DNA of 64,000 nt from Candidatus Bathyarchaeota archaeon (GTDB lineage Archaea > Thermoproteota > Bathyarchaeia > Bathyarchaeales > DTEX01), in NCBI GenBank assembly GCA_018396635.1, contig JAGTQE010000007.1, positions 2,747 to 66,746 of the forward strand, given 5' to 3'. Positions 63,899-64,000 of this stretch are shown here, piece by piece (position 1 is the first letter of the stretch; each line of letters starts with the position of its first letter). The notes beneath the pieces were generated by a model that saw only the letters and a program-made list of their open reading frames with translations, did not search any database and was not told the origin of the DNA. The position numbers and the translations under genes are program-made.

Positions 63899-64000
63899 AT
63901 GCAGGCAAATATTTTCCCAGCATTAATTGGCAGAATGCTGAAAGATGATGGTGGTAGAGAGGTCGGTAAAATACTGTCATTTATAATAGATTCTTCAGGC
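63899..64000 (+). CDS. PRC-barrel-like protein N-terminus, possibly CdvA (runs off the right edge)
   Basis: ATG at 63899 preceded by gaggtg. MQANIFPALIGRMLKDDGGREVGKILSFIIDSSG fits the PRC-barrel pattern (IG..V.D..GR.iG.i) seen at the CdvA N-terminus. Only 34 codons are visible. Confidence 0.4.
   Translation, partial: MQANIFPALIGRMLKDDGGREVGKILSFIIDSSG

Noticed and set aside
1-64000. Scanned by eye for CRISPR arrays, rRNA genes, IS elements/transposases, integrases and large direct repeats.
   Set aside because: I found none. The intergenic regions are short (400 bp or less), and the only mobile-element trace is the methylase fragment at 44022-44231. A by-eye scan cannot exclude dispersed short repeats.

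Overview
This is a gene-dense 64-kb segment with roughly 75 protein-coding genes and 2 tRNAs. I saw no rRNA, no CRISPR array and no intact mobile element. It reads as archaeal chromosome, probably from the TACK/Thermoproteota side. The lineage evidence is ESCRT-III/CdvB followed by a PRC-barrel CdvA-like gene, ribosomal protein eL38, KEOPS Cgi121, ABCE1, a class I CCA-adding enzyme, FAU-1, Trm5, Trm11/Trm-G10, and an intron-containing tRNA with encoded CCA. The accessory content (RACo-like activator, LarA-like protein, DUF362, four xylose-isomerase-like TIM barrels, Gfo/Idh/MocA enzymes) resembles Bathyarchaeia-type genomes, but that is only a guess. Housekeeping content is rich in RNA end-processing and modification: RtcA, ThpR, Cca, RNase Z, Trm5, Trm11, THUMP, a stand-alone LigD phosphoesterase and FAU-1. 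It also includes nucleotide metabolism (PyrF, NAPRT, a purine PRTase, a GMP-synthase-B-like gene) and a class II-type HMG-CoA reductase. Accessory content is several clusters of cytoplasmic (signal-peptide-less) carbohydrate-type enzymes. The items most worth a second look are these: (1) a Trm5 / triple-ferredoxin radical SAM operon; (2) an XI-like / 741-aa unknown / LarA-like operon next to a sulfatase-fold enzyme with Thr at the formylglycine position; (3) a Gfo/Idh/MocA-DUF362 fusion; (4) an SD-sequestering leader in front of a frameshifted QueT-like transporter; (5) ABCE1, whose conserved N-terminus begins at an ATT codon; (6) a DNA methylase fragment beside the intron-containing tRNA-Val. 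All calls come from reading motifs in the supplied translations and the DNA. No searches or folding programs were run, so family names are recollection-based and start codons are provisional.
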